Source: Candidatus Parcubacteria bacterium
Lineage (GTDB): Bacteria > Patescibacteriota > Minisyncoccia > Phycocordibacterales > UBA2100
Length of the DNA stretch: 64,000 bases
Assembly: GCA_041168925.1 (NCBI GenBank)
Contig: JBEEJY010000010.1
Span: 12,430 to 76,429, forward strand
Direction: 5' to 3'
This document shows, in pieces, positions 46,866-56,887 of the stretch. Within the stretch, counting starts at the first letter, position 1. The number at the start of each line of letters is the position of its first letter. Under the pieces are notes generated by a model, which made no database searches, was not told where the DNA came from, and saw only the letters and a program-made list of their open reading frames with translations. Made by a program: the position numbers and the translations under genes.

Positions 46866-48000
46866 GTGCGATGCCGAGCGAGAGCGCCGCGTCTGGAACG
46901 ACCCCGTGCTCGGGTACGACCCATCGCGAAAGATCGGGAAGCGAGACGGTGACGATCGTGAAAGGCCGCGTCGTTTGCGTAAATTGACCGAAGTCGATGC
47001 GGGAAAAGAAGCCGGTAAGCCACGACAAGAGGTCGGGGTGGCCTACGAGCACGAGCCGGTTCGGAAGCCGGCGATGAGCCGCGCATTGCGTCATAGCCTC
47101 CCCGAAAATGCGCACGAGCTCCGACTCGGCGGCCGCGAGCGAAGTCTGGAGCGCTTCGCAAGCCGCGCTCGAGCACTGATCGCGCGAGAGCATGCGCATG
47201 AGCGTAAGCGTCTCTTCCGGCATGCCCGACGGCGCGATGCGCTTCAAGATGCTTTTCATCCCCTCGGAGATAAACGCATGCTCGCTCGGCGCGCCCGCGC
47301 GCACGGCGCACAAATTCGTCCCCTCGCTCCCCATATCGACGATGAAGTAATCGTCTTCGGGTGCCGGCAGCTCCCGCAGGACGGTGAGGAGCGCGCGGAT
47401 CGACGAGCGCATCGCGGGCTCGCTTTGCGGGAATATTTTTTGCACCGATTGAAGCGCGTACTGCCGGGCGCTCGCATTGCACTCGCTCACAAGCGCGAGC
47501 GTGCGAAGCGAATGCGCTTTCTTCCCCACCGGCGCGCCCGTGGGATAGCCGTTGAGCTCCACTCGCACGACACTTGCTTCAAGCAAAGTATTGCGATCGA
47601 TATCCTTTTCCTCGGCCAGCGCTTTTTGCGCGAGTTCGCCGATCATGGACGACGTGATCGTAGTCTCGCTTTCGAATTTCATGCTTGCTCGCGCCGTGCG
47701 GGATCTGCTCCACGGCGCTCGCACGATGAGGTAGAGCGAATCGAACGCCCGAGCCTTCTTTCCGGCGCGCTCCGCATACTCTTTCAGCATTTGCGCGCCC
47801 GTCTTTTCCACCTCCTCGGCGATGCCTTTGAGCGTCGCGTCTTCGCTTCGCTCCTCGAGCGGAAGAATGGCGCGACGAGCCGCAAATACTCGCGCGGGCT
47901 CGTCGGGGCGCATATGCGCGATGCCGATCGCGGCAGTCCCGCTCCCGATATCAGCAACGGCAAAAACTTTCTCACCTCGTTTCCCAAAGAGGTTGAACAT
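46828..48000 (-). CDS. Divergent FtsA/actin-fold protein
   Basis: ADIGSG, VELNGY, IVDMGSEGT phosphate-loop-like motifs. Confidence 0.6.
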   Translation of the reverse strand: MFNLFGKRGEKVFAVADIGSGTAAIGIAHMRPDEPARVFAARRAILPLEERSEDATLKGIAEEVEKTGAQMLKEYAERAGKKARAFDSLYLIVRAPWSRSRTARASMKFESETTITSSMIGELAQKALAEEKDIDRNTLLEASVVRVELNGYPTGAPVGKKAHSLRTLALVSECNASARQYALQSVQKIFPQSEPAMRSSIRALLTVLRELPAPEDDYFIVDMGSEGTNLCAVRAGAPSEHAFISEGMKSILKRIAPSGMPEETLTLMRMLSRDQCSSAACEALQTSLAAAESELVRIFGEAMTQCAAHRRLPNRLVLVGHPDLLSWLTGFFSRIDFGQFTQTTRPFTIVTVSLPDLSRWVVPEHGVVPDAALSLGIALVNIEDRRGIRA

Positions 48001-48022
48001 CGCAGCCAGTATAGCAAGGATT

Positions 48023-49912
48023 TCAAACCAAGACCGCTTTTATGCGGCGCACGCCTGCGGCTACCGCCTCCTCCTTCTGTATCTTGAACGTACCCTGCAA
48101 CTGCGAAGTATTCTGTACATGCGGCCCGCCGCAAAATTCGATTGAAAATGCGCTCGCGAGCGGACCCACGGAATATACCGTCACGCGGTCGGGATATTTC
48201 GCTCCGAATTCGCGCTCCGCGCCGAGTTTCTCCGCCTCGTCTTTCGCCATTTCGGTGCGGATGACCGGGATACCTTCCTGTATCTTTTCATTGACGATAC
48301 GCTCCACTTCGGCGACTTGCTCCTTCGTCATCTTCTCGCCGTGAGAGAAATCGATACGCAACCGCTCCTGCGTGATATTGCTGCCGCGCTGCTTCACGTG
48401 AGGTCCAAGAACGATTTGCAGGGCCTTGAGCAGAAGGTGGTGCGCGGTGTGCAAGCGCGTGGTTTTTTCCGAGGCGTCTGCGAGCCCGCCCTTGAACTTT
48501 TGCTCGCTTCCTGATCGCGACATGTCCTGATGCTTTTTCATCAGCTCGCGAAAACCGGCTTCATCGACGCTGGTCCCGCGCTCTTTGGCTAACTCCGCCG
48601 TCATCTCGAATGGAAATCCGTACGTGGTGAATAAGACATACGCTTCTCGCGCTTCCACGCGTCCGGTCGAAGCGATCTTCTCGAACTCTTTCATCCCCTT
48701 TTCGAGTGTGCGCGCAAACTGCACCTCTTCTTTCCAGATCTCATTCCTGATGAGCTCGTACGCTTCTTCGCTCGAGAGCTCCGGATACGCCTGCTTGTAT
48801 TTCTCGATCGCGACGACAGCACAGCGCACCAGCATGCTGTCTTCTCGCTTTTCGGCGCTGATGCCGAGCTTTTGCGCATGCTGCGAAGCACGACGAATGA
48901 GACGGCGAAGCACGTAGCCGCGCTCGGTGTTGGACGGCCGCACGCCGTCGCCGAGCATAAAGGTGGCCGCGCGCATATGATCGGCGACGATACGAAAACT
49001 GCGCTTGTAGCGGGAATCGTCGTACTCCTTGCCGGAAAAGTGCCCGAGAAGCGCGATCAAGTCCGCGAAGGCATCGATGCCAAACATGTCCCCGTCGCCG
49101 CGCGCCGCCATCGCGATGCGCTCCAACCCGCCCCCGAAATCCACGTTCTGCTTCGGCAAGAGCGCGAACGAGCCGTCTTCTTTTTTGAGGTACTGCATGA
49201 ACACGGAATTGCCTATCTCCAGGAATCGTCCGCAGTCGCAATTGGGATGGCACTCCGCACCGAACCTCAAATCGTGCGGCGTACCGAAATCATAAAAGAC
49301 CTCCGAGTCGGGCCCGCCAGGCTCGCCCGCAGGCATGTTCTCCGGCACGCCCGATCGGCTCCACCAATTCTTCTTCGCGTCGTAGTAAAAAATCCGCCCC
49401 TCCCGCATGCCGAGGCGGTAGCCGTCGGCTTCGCTGCCAATCTCGACTATTTTTGCTTCGATGCCTTTGTCGGTGAAAAGATCTTGCCATATCTGCGCGG
49501 ATTCGGTATCGCGCGGCACATTGTTTTTCTCATCGCCGATGAATGCCGTGACGTAAAGATTCTTCGGATCGAGGCCTACTTCTTCCGTCAGGAACTGGAA
49601 AAACCACGGCAGCTGTTCCTTCTTGAAATAATCGCCGAGCGACCAGTTGCCGAGCATCTCGAAAAAGGTCGTGTGCCTGTTGTCGCCCACTTCCTCGATA
49701 TCTTCCGCGCGGAAACTTTTCTGGCTGTCGGCGAGCCGGCTTCCCTTCGGGTGCGGCGCGCCCAAGAGATACGTGATGAGCGGCTGCATGCCGCTTCCGG
49801 TGAAAAGGGTGGTGGGGTCGTTCTGCGGCACAAGCGAAGCCGACGGTATCACCGTGTGCCCCCGCGCCTTGAAAAAATCGAGGTATTTCGAGCGGATTTC
49901 GTTAATCGTCAT
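48023..49912 (-). CDS. alaS: Alanyl-tRNA synthetase lacking the C-Ala domain
   Basis: DPTTLFTGSGMQP, HTTFFEMLGNWS, HTAHHLL, EFCGGPHV; ends GVRRIKAVLV at 629 aa. Confidence 0.95.
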   Translation of the reverse strand: MTINEIRSKYLDFFKARGHTVIPSASLVPQNDPTTLFTGSGMQPLITYLLGAPHPKGSRLADSQKSFRAEDIEEVGDNRHTTFFEMLGNWSLGDYFKKEQLPWFFQFLTEEVGLDPKNLYVTAFIGDEKNNVPRDTESAQIWQDLFTDKGIEAKIVEIGSEADGYRLGMREGRIFYYDAKKNWWSRSGVPENMPAGEPGGPDSEVFYDFGTPHDLRFGAECHPNCDCGRFLEIGNSVFMQYLKKEDGSFALLPKQNVDFGGGLERIAMAARGDGDMFGIDAFADLIALLGHFSGKEYDDSRYKRSFRIVADHMRAATFMLGDGVRPSNTERGYVLRRLIRRASQHAQKLGISAEKREDSMLVRCAVVAIEKYKQAYPELSSEEAYELIRNEIWKEEVQFARTLEKGMKEFEKIASTGRVEAREAYVLFTTYGFPFEMTAELAKERGTSVDEAGFRELMKKHQDMSRSGSEQKFKGGLADASEKTTRLHTAHHLLLKALQIVLGPHVKQRGSNITQERLRIDFSHGEKMTKEQVAEVERIVNEKIQEGIPVIRTEMAKDEAEKLGAEREFGAKYPDRVTVYSVGPLASAFSIEFCGGPHVQNTSQLQGTFKIQKEEAVAAGVRRIKAVLV

Positions 49913-49977
49913 TAAGATAAAGTAGCCTGTATGCAGGTTTTGCGCAATAGATAAGAGCGCGCTACTATGCGCCGCAC

Positions 49978-51249
49978 ATGAAGTACAACCTCCATACGCT
50001 CAAAAACGGTCTGCGCATCGTGCTCGCGCCGATGCCGGGCAATAAGACAGCGACAGTCATCGTGATGTCGGGCACCGGCTCGCGCTATGAAGACGAGAAG
50101 GAGAATGGGCTCGCGCACTTCTTGGAGCACATGTTTTTCAAAGGCACCAAGAAACGGCCAAGCGCCAAGGCGATAAGCGAGGAGCTGGATGCCGTCGGTG
50201 CCGTTTACAACGCCTTCACCGCCAAGGAGCGCACCGCCTACTACGCCAAAGTCTCCGCCCGTTACCTCGATACCGCGCTCGACGTCATCTCCGATATCTT
50301 CGTCAATTCCCTCCTGCCGGAAAAAGAGATAACGAAAGAGCGCGGTGCCATCATCCAGGAGATAGATATGTATGAGGACATGCCGATGCGCACGGTTGAT
50401 AATGTATTCGACGAAATGCTCTTCGGCAAAGAGCATCCGCTCGGCCGCACCATCCTCGGGCCCAAAGAGAACATCCGCACCTTCACACGAAAAGATTTCG
50501 CCGCCTACCTCAAGCGCAACTACACGTCGCTCAATACAGTGGTCTGCATCGCCGGTTCTTTCGACGAAAAAAAGGTACTGGCGAAAATAACGAAAGATTT
50601 TGGCGGCTTGAAGCATGGCAACCCGCCCGATTTCATCCGCTTCGCTCCCGAGCAGGACAAGCCGCGGGTCATGATAAAAGAAAAGCAAACGGACCAGACG
50701 CACTTCATGCTCGGCGTCCCGGCCTTCCCCTACCTCCACAAAGACGAATTCGCCCTCGCGGTGCTCTCGGCCATCCTCGGCTCTGGCATGTCGAGCCGCC
50801 TTTTTCTCGAAGTGCGCGAGAAGCGCGGGCTCGCATACTCCGTCCACTCATGGGTGGAGCGCTATCCTGATACCGGAACTTTCGTCGTCCAGGCAGGTGT
50901 CGAGCATGCGAAGCTGGAGCAGACGGTGAAGACTATCCTTGGTGAGTTCAAGAAAATTAAGAGGACGAAAGTATCGGCGGCAGAGCTCGCGAAGGCGAAG
51001 CAATTCATCAAAGGCACGATGACGCTCTCGCTCGAGACGAGTGATGAGATAGCGCAGCACGCAGCGAGCGCTATGATAAATATCGGCCGTGTACGCCCGC
51101 TCGAAGAAATCATCAAAGGCATCGACGGCGTCACCGCCGCCGAAGTCCAACGCGTCGCCCGCGACCTTCTCCAGACCAACCGCCTCAACCTCGCCATCAT
51201 CGGCCCGCATATCTCGAAAGCCAGTCTTGTTTCTCTACTGAAAGTCTAA
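49978..51249 (+). CDS. M16 family zinc peptidase
   Basis: GLAHFLEHMFFKGT (HxxEH), SSRLF.EVREKRGLAYS. Confidence 0.93.
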   Translation: MKYNLHTLKNGLRIVLAPMPGNKTATVIVMSGTGSRYEDEKENGLAHFLEHMFFKGTKKRPSAKAISEELDAVGAVYNAFTAKERTAYYAKVSARYLDTALDVISDIFVNSLLPEKEITKERGAIIQEIDMYEDMPMRTVDNVFDEMLFGKEHPLGRTILGPKENIRTFTRKDFAAYLKRNYTSLNTVVCIAGSFDEKKVLAKITKDFGGLKHGNPPDFIRFAPEQDKPRVMIKEKQTDQTHFMLGVPAFPYLHKDEFALAVLSAILGSGMSSRLFLEVREKRGLAYSVHSWVERYPDTGTFVVQAGVEHAKLEQTVKTILGEFKKIKRTKVSAAELAKAKQFIKGTMTLSLETSDEIAQHAASAMINIGRVRPLEEIIKGIDGVTAAEVQRVARDLLQTNRLNLAIIGPHISKASLVSLLKV

Positions 51250-51313
51250 ACCTCTTCAGATTCTTCCGAGAGATTTTTTTAGGATGCCGGCTATGCACAG
51301 AGTTCGCTCCGGC

Positions 51314-51357
51314 GAGGTACACTAAATGTATGCTATAGCATATATTTAGTGTACCTC
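51314..51357. repeat. 44 bp palindrome, copy A of the TGCTATAGCA-centred family
   Basis: gaggtacactaaatgtatgctatagcatatatttagtgtacctc; one non-Watson-Crick pair. Confidence 0.9.
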
Positions 51358-51410
51358 TCTTGCGCGCGAATCTGCCCTTCTTACCTCATGACGAACACTC
51401 TTACTCTCAG

Positions 51411-52091
51411 CTACAACCAGTCAATCGGCTCTTTCTCGTACTTTTTTAAATATTCGTTGGCGCGGCTGAACGGCTTGGAGCCGAAAAAGCCGCTGAAGGC
51501 GGAAAAGGGCGAGGGGTGCGCGGATTCGATGACGCAATGCTTCTCGCGGTCGATGTACGCGCCTTTCTGCTTGGCGTAGTTGCCCCATAAGATGAAGACG
51601 AGATTTCCTTTTTCTTCCGACAACGCGCGGATGACGGCGTCGGTAAATTTTTCCCATCCCTTCCCCTGATGCGAGCCCGCGGTTCGAGCCTTCACTGTAA
51701 GCGTTGCATTCAATAAGAGCACTCCCTGTTTCGCCCAGCGTTCTAAATCCCCCGTCCGATGAACTAATTTCTGACCGAGATCGCTCTCGATCTCTTTAAA
51801 AATATTCTGGAGCGAGGGCGGCAACGCGACACCTTCGCCGACAGCAAAGCAAAGCCCATTGGCCTGTCCCGGCCCGTGGTACGGGTCTTGCCCCAAGATG
51901 ACGACCTCGACTTTGTCGAACGGGGTAAGCTCGAAGGCGCGAAAGATATTTTTCGGCGCAGGATACACGATCGCGTGCCGGTATTCCTCTTTGACGAATT
52001 TCCGGAGTTCGCTGAAATATTCCTGCCCGAATTCATCCTGCAGCACCTTCTTCCACGACGATTCTATCTTGACGTCCGTCTCGCCACTCAT
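51411..52091 (-). CDS. ung: Uracil-DNA glycosylase (family 1)
   Basis: GQDPYH, PPSLQNI, GVLLLN, HPSPFS. Confidence 0.96.
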   Translation of the reverse strand: MSGETDVKIESSWKKVLQDEFGQEYFSELRKFVKEEYRHAIVYPAPKNIFRAFELTPFDKVEVVILGQDPYHGPGQANGLCFAVGEGVALPPSLQNIFKEIESDLGQKLVHRTGDLERWAKQGVLLLNATLTVKARTAGSHQGKGWEKFTDAVIRALSEEKGNLVFILWGNYAKQKGAYIDREKHCVIESAHPSPFSAFSGFFGSKPFSRANEYLKKYEKEPIDWL

Positions 52092-52093
52092 GC

Positions 52094-53422
52094 TTACCAG
52101 ATCTCACTCGGAGCAACGTTGTTTGATTTGGTCGCGGAAAGAGGCATGCCGTCCTTGGTCGGTTTTTTCGGCCACTTGTCTATCACTTTCGTCTTCAAGC
52201 CGATGCGATTCAGCACTTTGATAAAAGGGTCGGGGTCGAGCTCTTCGGCATTGACCATGGTGTGTGGCGCCCAAATCCCCTTCGCGACGAGGATGGCGGC
52301 TGCGATGGGCGGTACGCCGGCGGTGTAGGAGATGGCCTGCGACTCGACTTCCCTGTAGCACTTGGCGTGGTCGCAGTTGTTGTAGATGAATACCTCGCGC
52401 CACTTCCCATTCTTCCACCCCTTCACGAGGTCGGCGATGCACGTCCAGCCCGTGTACGTCTTTGCGAGCGATGCCGGGTCGGGCAAAACGGCTTTCAGCA
52501 CTTTGAGCGGCACCACCTTGACCCCCTCGGCGGTCGTGACCGGCTTTTCGGAGAGCATGCCGAGATTGCGCAGCACACCAAAGACATTGAGATAGTGATC
52601 GCCGAAGCCCATCCAGAAGCGGATACTCTTGGCATCAATATTTTTCGAAAGTGAATGCAGTTCATCGTGGCCGTTGAGGTAGACCGGGCGCGAGCCGACG
52701 ACCGGGAAGGTGTAGTCCCACCGCTCGCTATGTACCGGGCGTACGACCCATTTGCGATTGATCCACGTCCACACTTTCTTGAACTCGCGGAAATTTATCT
52801 CCGGGTCGAAGTTGGTGGCGAAATATTTGCCATGGCTGCCGGCATTGACGTCGAGAATGTCTATCGTGTCTATCTTGTCGAAATAATTTTTCTTCGCAAG
52901 CGCCGCCCATACATTGACGACGCCCGGGTCGAAACCGATACCGAGGATGGCGTTGATGCCCGCTTTTTTACAAGCAGCCCGTTTCTTCCATTCATAATTC
53001 GCGTACCATGGCGGATCTTCTGCGACTTTGGTCGGATCTTCGTGGATGGCGGTGTCCATGTAGGTTACCGGGCGGCCGTTCACCTCTTTTGCACGGATAC
53101 ACGCCTCCAAGACCGACATATTGATGTAAGCCGTGCCGAGATTGATCACGATGGACGAATTCGTGTCCTTGATGAGTTTCGTCATCGCGGAAATGTTCAT
53201 CGCATCTATCTCTCGCGAGTAGAGCTTCGCATTCTTATCTTTCTTGCTCCCCTTGCGTTTGATGCTGGCGATGATGGCGTCGGCTTTGGCGCGCTTGCGC
53301 GAGGCGATGCAGATATCTCCGAGGACGTCGTTGTTTTGCGCCGCTTTGTGTGCGGCCACATGAGCGACGGCACCCGCGCCCACAATCAGTACGTTTGGTT
53401 TTGTGTTTTTCATGACCTGCAA
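52094..53422 (-). CDS. Carboxy(nor)spermidine dehydrogenase (saccharopine dehydrogenase family)
   Basis: IVGAGAV, GFDPGVVN, FATNFDPEINFRE, SQAISYTAGVP; adjacent to nspC. Confidence 0.88.
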   Translation of the reverse strand: MQVMKNTKPNVLIVGAGAVAHVAAHKAAQNNDVLGDICIASRKRAKADAIIASIKRKGSKKDKNAKLYSREIDAMNISAMTKLIKDTNSSIVINLGTAYINMSVLEACIRAKEVNGRPVTYMDTAIHEDPTKVAEDPPWYANYEWKKRAACKKAGINAILGIGFDPGVVNVWAALAKKNYFDKIDTIDILDVNAGSHGKYFATNFDPEINFREFKKVWTWINRKWVVRPVHSERWDYTFPVVGSRPVYLNGHDELHSLSKNIDAKSIRFWMGFGDHYLNVFGVLRNLGMLSEKPVTTAEGVKVVPLKVLKAVLPDPASLAKTYTGWTCIADLVKGWKNGKWREVFIYNNCDHAKCYREVESQAISYTAGVPPIAAAILVAKGIWAPHTMVNAEELDPDPFIKVLNRIGLKTKVIDKWPKKPTKDGMPLSATKSNNVAPSEIW

Positions 53423-53434
53423 ACTGTCGACCTT

Positions 53435-54592
53435 CTAACCGGTAACCGCTCCCAGGCTTCCCTCGAAATCATCGTAGGTAAATTCTCGTACGACGTCAAC
53501 AGCGCCGTCGAGCCGCTTCACGACTATCGAGGGCATCTGCACGCCGTTGAACCAGTTCATCTTCACCATGGTGTAGCGCGCCGCTTGATCGAACACGACA
53601 TAATCGCCGACTTTCAACGGCTCCGGGAGGTCATAGGTGCCCCATATGTCTCCCGCAAGACAGGTATTACCAGCGACCATGAAGCGATTCGGACCCGTCG
53701 CTTTCTCGGCGAGCGTCGCATCTTCGTGATAGACGAGATTATCGAGCATATGCGTCTCCACGGCCGCGTTTATGATGGCAATTTTGAGCTCGTTCTCGAC
53801 GATGTCTTGCACCTGCGTCACCAGAAATCCGGTGCCGAGCACCGACGCCTCGCCAGGCTCTAAGTAAACTTGTACGTCATAGTCGGTCGCGAATTTCTTC
53901 AGCCGGTCGCAGAATTTATCGAGCGGATAGCCTTCGTCGGTAAACGCGATACCGCCGCCGAGCGATACCCACTCCATTTTTTTAAGAAGCGGCCCGTATC
54001 TCTCCCCAATCGTATCGACGATTTTTGAAAACGCATTAAAATCCGTGTTCTCGCAATTTACGTGGAACATAAGCCCCTGTATCTTGTCTGCGACCTTCTC
54101 GATGGCCGCGATGTCCTTCACCCCAAGACGGCTCGCCTTGCGCGCCGGATCAGCGAGATCGAAGTGCGAGTGGCTCACGCCCGGATTGGCCCGCAACCCA
54201 AGATTCTTTCCTTTCACATCCGGATAAAACCGCTCCAGCTGCGAAACGGAATTGAAGATTATCTTGTCGGCAAAGGTTTTAAGCTCGTCTATGTCTTTTT
54301 GCGACCACGCGACGCTGTAGCCTTGCGTCTCGCCACCGAATTTCTCATGCCCCAGGCGCGCCTCGTAGAGCGCGCTCGAAGTAGTCCCGGCCATGTACTT
54401 GCTCATGAGTGGGAAAACAGACCACGTCGAGAAGCATTTGAGCGCTAAAACCGCTTTCGCGCCGCTTTTGTCCCGAACATATTTCATCTTTTCCATGTTC
54501 TTCAGGAGCCGCGCCTCATCGAGCAGATAGTATGGCGTCTGCAATTCCTTGTGCGCTTTCACAAAATCCCAAATCGATTCTTCTTTTGACAT
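53435..54592 (-). CDS. nspC: Carboxy(nor)spermidine decarboxylase
   Basis: LALKCFS, GTTSSALYEARLG, SLGGG, LEPGE, TCLAGD, YTMVKMNWFNG. Confidence 0.92.
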   Translation of the reverse strand: MSKEESIWDFVKAHKELQTPYYLLDEARLLKNMEKMKYVRDKSGAKAVLALKCFSTWSVFPLMSKYMAGTTSSALYEARLGHEKFGGETQGYSVAWSQKDIDELKTFADKIIFNSVSQLERFYPDVKGKNLGLRANPGVSHSHFDLADPARKASRLGVKDIAAIEKVADKIQGLMFHVNCENTDFNAFSKIVDTIGERYGPLLKKMEWVSLGGGIAFTDEGYPLDKFCDRLKKFATDYDVQVYLEPGEASVLGTGFLVTQVQDIVENELKIAIINAAVETHMLDNLVYHEDATLAEKATGPNRFMVAGNTCLAGDIWGTYDLPEPLKVGDYVVFDQAARYTMVKMNWFNGVQMPSIVVKRLDGAVDVVREFTYDDFEGSLGAVTG

Positions 54593-54676
54593 CGTTCGCA
54601 CTATATCACATAGTGTCTCGCAGTCCTGTTCCGGTTGGCCGGCAGGCGGACTAACACAAATTCTGACAGGTGTATC

Positions 54677-55183
54677 ATGCGAGCCTTGGAAACGGTCAAC
54701 CTGAAGGGGAGCACCGTGAGCGTATCGATCGGCGTGATTACCCCGGCGACGGACATTGCGATCTTCGGTGCGTGGGCTTATTTCCTGACCGCGTGGTCAT
54801 GGGGACGCGGCTATCCGGTTGGCTCCTTTGAGGAAATCGTTCGGATGCAATTCGCGATCACTGCGATGATCGAGGATGAGCCAATCGGCTTCGGCGGCAT
54901 CAACCTAACGGCCAATAACGACAACTCGAACGAGTTCGTGCAATGGTTCTCCGCATGGGTCGTTGCTCCGCAATTTCAACGGCGAGGTATCGGGAGAATT
55001 ATTCACCGACACTGCATCGATAGAGCGGTCGATCAACCCGGGCCCATTCGCGCAACTTCCGAATCGTTCCACATGCACCCATTCTTTATCAAAGAAGGAT
55101 GGGCGATCATCCAAGACAAGGAGACGGCCCGGAACGAAGCCGGAAAGCCGATGTACGTCTATGGTTTTTCCCGCGGCGAATAG
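54677..55183 (+). CDS. GNAT-family acetyltransferase
   Basis: VVAPQFQRRGIGR motif A, FFIKEGW. Confidence 0.75.
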   Translation: MRALETVNLKGSTVSVSIGVITPATDIAIFGAWAYFLTAWSWGRGYPVGSFEEIVRMQFAITAMIEDEPIGFGGINLTANNDNSNEFVQWFSAWVVAPQFQRRGIGRIIHRHCIDRAVDQPGPIRATSESFHMHPFFIKEGWAIIQDKETARNEAGKPMYVYGFSRGE

Positions 55184-55211
55184 CTGCCGCCGCTAGGGCA
55201 GCCTACAAACA

Positions 55212-55238
55212 CGACCTCCGCGCGATGTGCGGAGGTCG
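55212..55238. terminator. Hairpin between convergent genes
   Basis: cgacctccgc/gcggaggtcg followed by atttattttt. Confidence 0.65.
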
Positions 55239-55240
55239 AT

Positions 55241-56230
55241 TTATTTTTGGTGAGACTTGATCGCTCTCATGATTAGAAACTTCGATTCGTAGTGATACGG
55301 AGGATTCGCTTTCGAATATGATTCTCGCGGAATTCTGCTCCGCCAAAATCGCGTTGCATACCCCCGGAAAAGGCGGTTCAGCATTCTCTCTGCGGATTGG
55401 TTTGTATATGCTTTTTCGCCGGGAATGACGTAGGGTTTGCCATCGAATCGGTCCCGCTTGATGTCCGTGGCGAAATCGATGAGTGCTGTTCCATTAGGCT
55501 TGAGCACTCTGTCTATCTCGGAGGCAATGTGTTTGAGTGTGCGCAGAGGAAAGATGTGGAGAGTCCCCACGCAGAAGACGCCGTCCATAGAATTTGCCAC
55601 TATTGGAAATCGTCGAGCGACATCGAAGACTTTCGTTGTGAACTTTCTCTTGTACTTTCGCGATATATTGCGCAGCGACTTCTCAAGGGCGTTCGGATCG
55701 ATATCCGAAGCAATGAGTGAATTAACCGTCCTCAGAAGCAACGCATTGCACCTCCCGTCTCCAGCCGTTAGATGGAGCCACGCACCCTTCACTCGCAGCG
55801 TGTTAATAACCTCCACGGTCTTCGGATCCTCTAAACCCCAGATGGATCGTCTTCCTGTTTTGAGATAATCGATGTGCTCGATATGGTGGTGCAGTCTTTT
55901 CTTATGACGAGAATCTTCGGGTGTTGTATGTGATACTTCATCACTAATCTTGTTTAATCCACTGGCCGCGAAAGCGCCTTCTGATTTCAGCATCGCTTGT
56001 TTTCTGAGCGTGCCGCCTCTGTTGTAGCTCCCAAGCGAACCATCGGAGCGGATGACACGATGGCAAGGGATGCTCTCATCGTAATTGGTGAGCATGATGG
56101 CACCGACGGCGCGCGCGGCCTTCGGATTGCCCGCTCTTGCGGCGACTTCTTTGTAGGTCATTGACTTCCCTTTCGGGATTTTTCTCACCACATTTCGCAC
56201 TTTGTCTGCAAACGTCTTCATGCTCGTCAT
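55241..56230 (-). CDS. MGMT/Ogt-type alkyltransferase domain fused to a class I SAM-dependent methyltransferase domain
   Basis: N-terminal TYKEVA...AARAVG...IPCHRVI; C-terminal LHLTAGDGR, SDID, DGVFCVGTLH, RVLKPNG. Confidence 0.78.
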   Translation of the reverse strand: MTSMKTFADKVRNVVRKIPKGKSMTYKEVAARAGNPKAARAVGAIMLTNYDESIPCHRVIRSDGSLGSYNRGGTLRKQAMLKSEGAFAASGLNKISDEVSHTTPEDSRHKKRLHHHIEHIDYLKTGRRSIWGLEDPKTVEVINTLRVKGAWLHLTAGDGRCNALLLRTVNSLIASDIDPNALEKSLRNISRKYKRKFTTKVFDVARRFPIVANSMDGVFCVGTLHIFPLRTLKHIASEIDRVLKPNGTALIDFATDIKRDRFDGKPYVIPGEKAYTNQSAERMLNRLFRGYATRFWRSRIPRESYSKANPPYHYESKFLIMRAIKSHQK

Positions 56231-56265
56231 TCTAACATAATCGCATGCGTATGCGTGAATTCGAT

Positions 56266-56303
56266 GTATACTATATCTTTGCTATAGCATAGTTTTAGTA
56301 TAT
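56266..56303. repeat. Palindrome copy B, overlapping the start codon of the PaaX/Cas2-like gene
   Basis: gtatactatatctttgctatagcatagttttagtatat. Confidence 0.85.
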
Positions 56304-56871
56304 GGGAGAAATTGAACGGAGGGGAAAATTAAGGAGGCGAAGGAGGAACATTAAGAATGCCCTGCTGACGGCGATTCAACTTGCGGCAGTTGTCGGTGTC
56401 GCCGTCGCTGCGCCGAATCTGCCGCAAGCCCTTTATAAGACAGGTCTACTGAAGATACGCGGGGATGGCGCGGTTATAAGTCGCTCACGAAGAAACTTGT
56501 TGAGGCGACGTCTACTAAAAGAAGAAAAGGGATTTCTCGTATTGACACGCGCTGGGCAAAGAGAACTGCTTCGGATTGAGCTCGGTGAACGGCGATTGAA
56601 ATCTTTTCGATGGGATGGACGATGGCGTGTACTTATCTTTGATATCCCAGAATACAGAAAGAAAGACCGAGAGAAATTGCGTCGCACGCTCCGGAGCGTC
56701 GGATTCGAGCATTTACAGGACAGCGTCTGGATCTATCCTTATGACTGCGAAGATTTTGTGGCTCTTTTGAAGGCAGATTTCAAAATTGGGAAGGACATGC
56801 TGTATATGATTGTGGAGGAACTCGAGGGAGATTCGACGCTCCGGAAGCAATTCAACCTTCGAAACCGCTAG
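56302..56871 (+). CDS. PaaX-like protein (winged-helix-like region plus Cas2-like ferredoxin domain)
   Basis: LTRAG wing, WDGRWRVLIFDIPE....REKLR..L...GF..LQDSVWI.PYDC. Confidence 0.85.
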   Translation: MGEIERRGKLRRRRRNIKNALLTAIQLAAVVGVAVAAPNLPQALYKTGLLKIRGDGAVISRSRRNLLRRRLLKEEKGFLVLTRAGQRELLRIELGERRLKSFRWDGRWRVLIFDIPEYRKKDREKLRRTLRSVGFEHLQDSVWIYPYDCEDFVALLKADFKIGKDMLYMIVEELEGDSTLRKQFNLRNR

Positions 56872-56887
56872 CAGTATCGATTCCGAT

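Noticed and set aside
51325-51337. loxP-like sequence (aatgtatgctata)
   Set aside because: Matches only 13 nt of loxP; the loxP arms are absent and copies B and C do not share it
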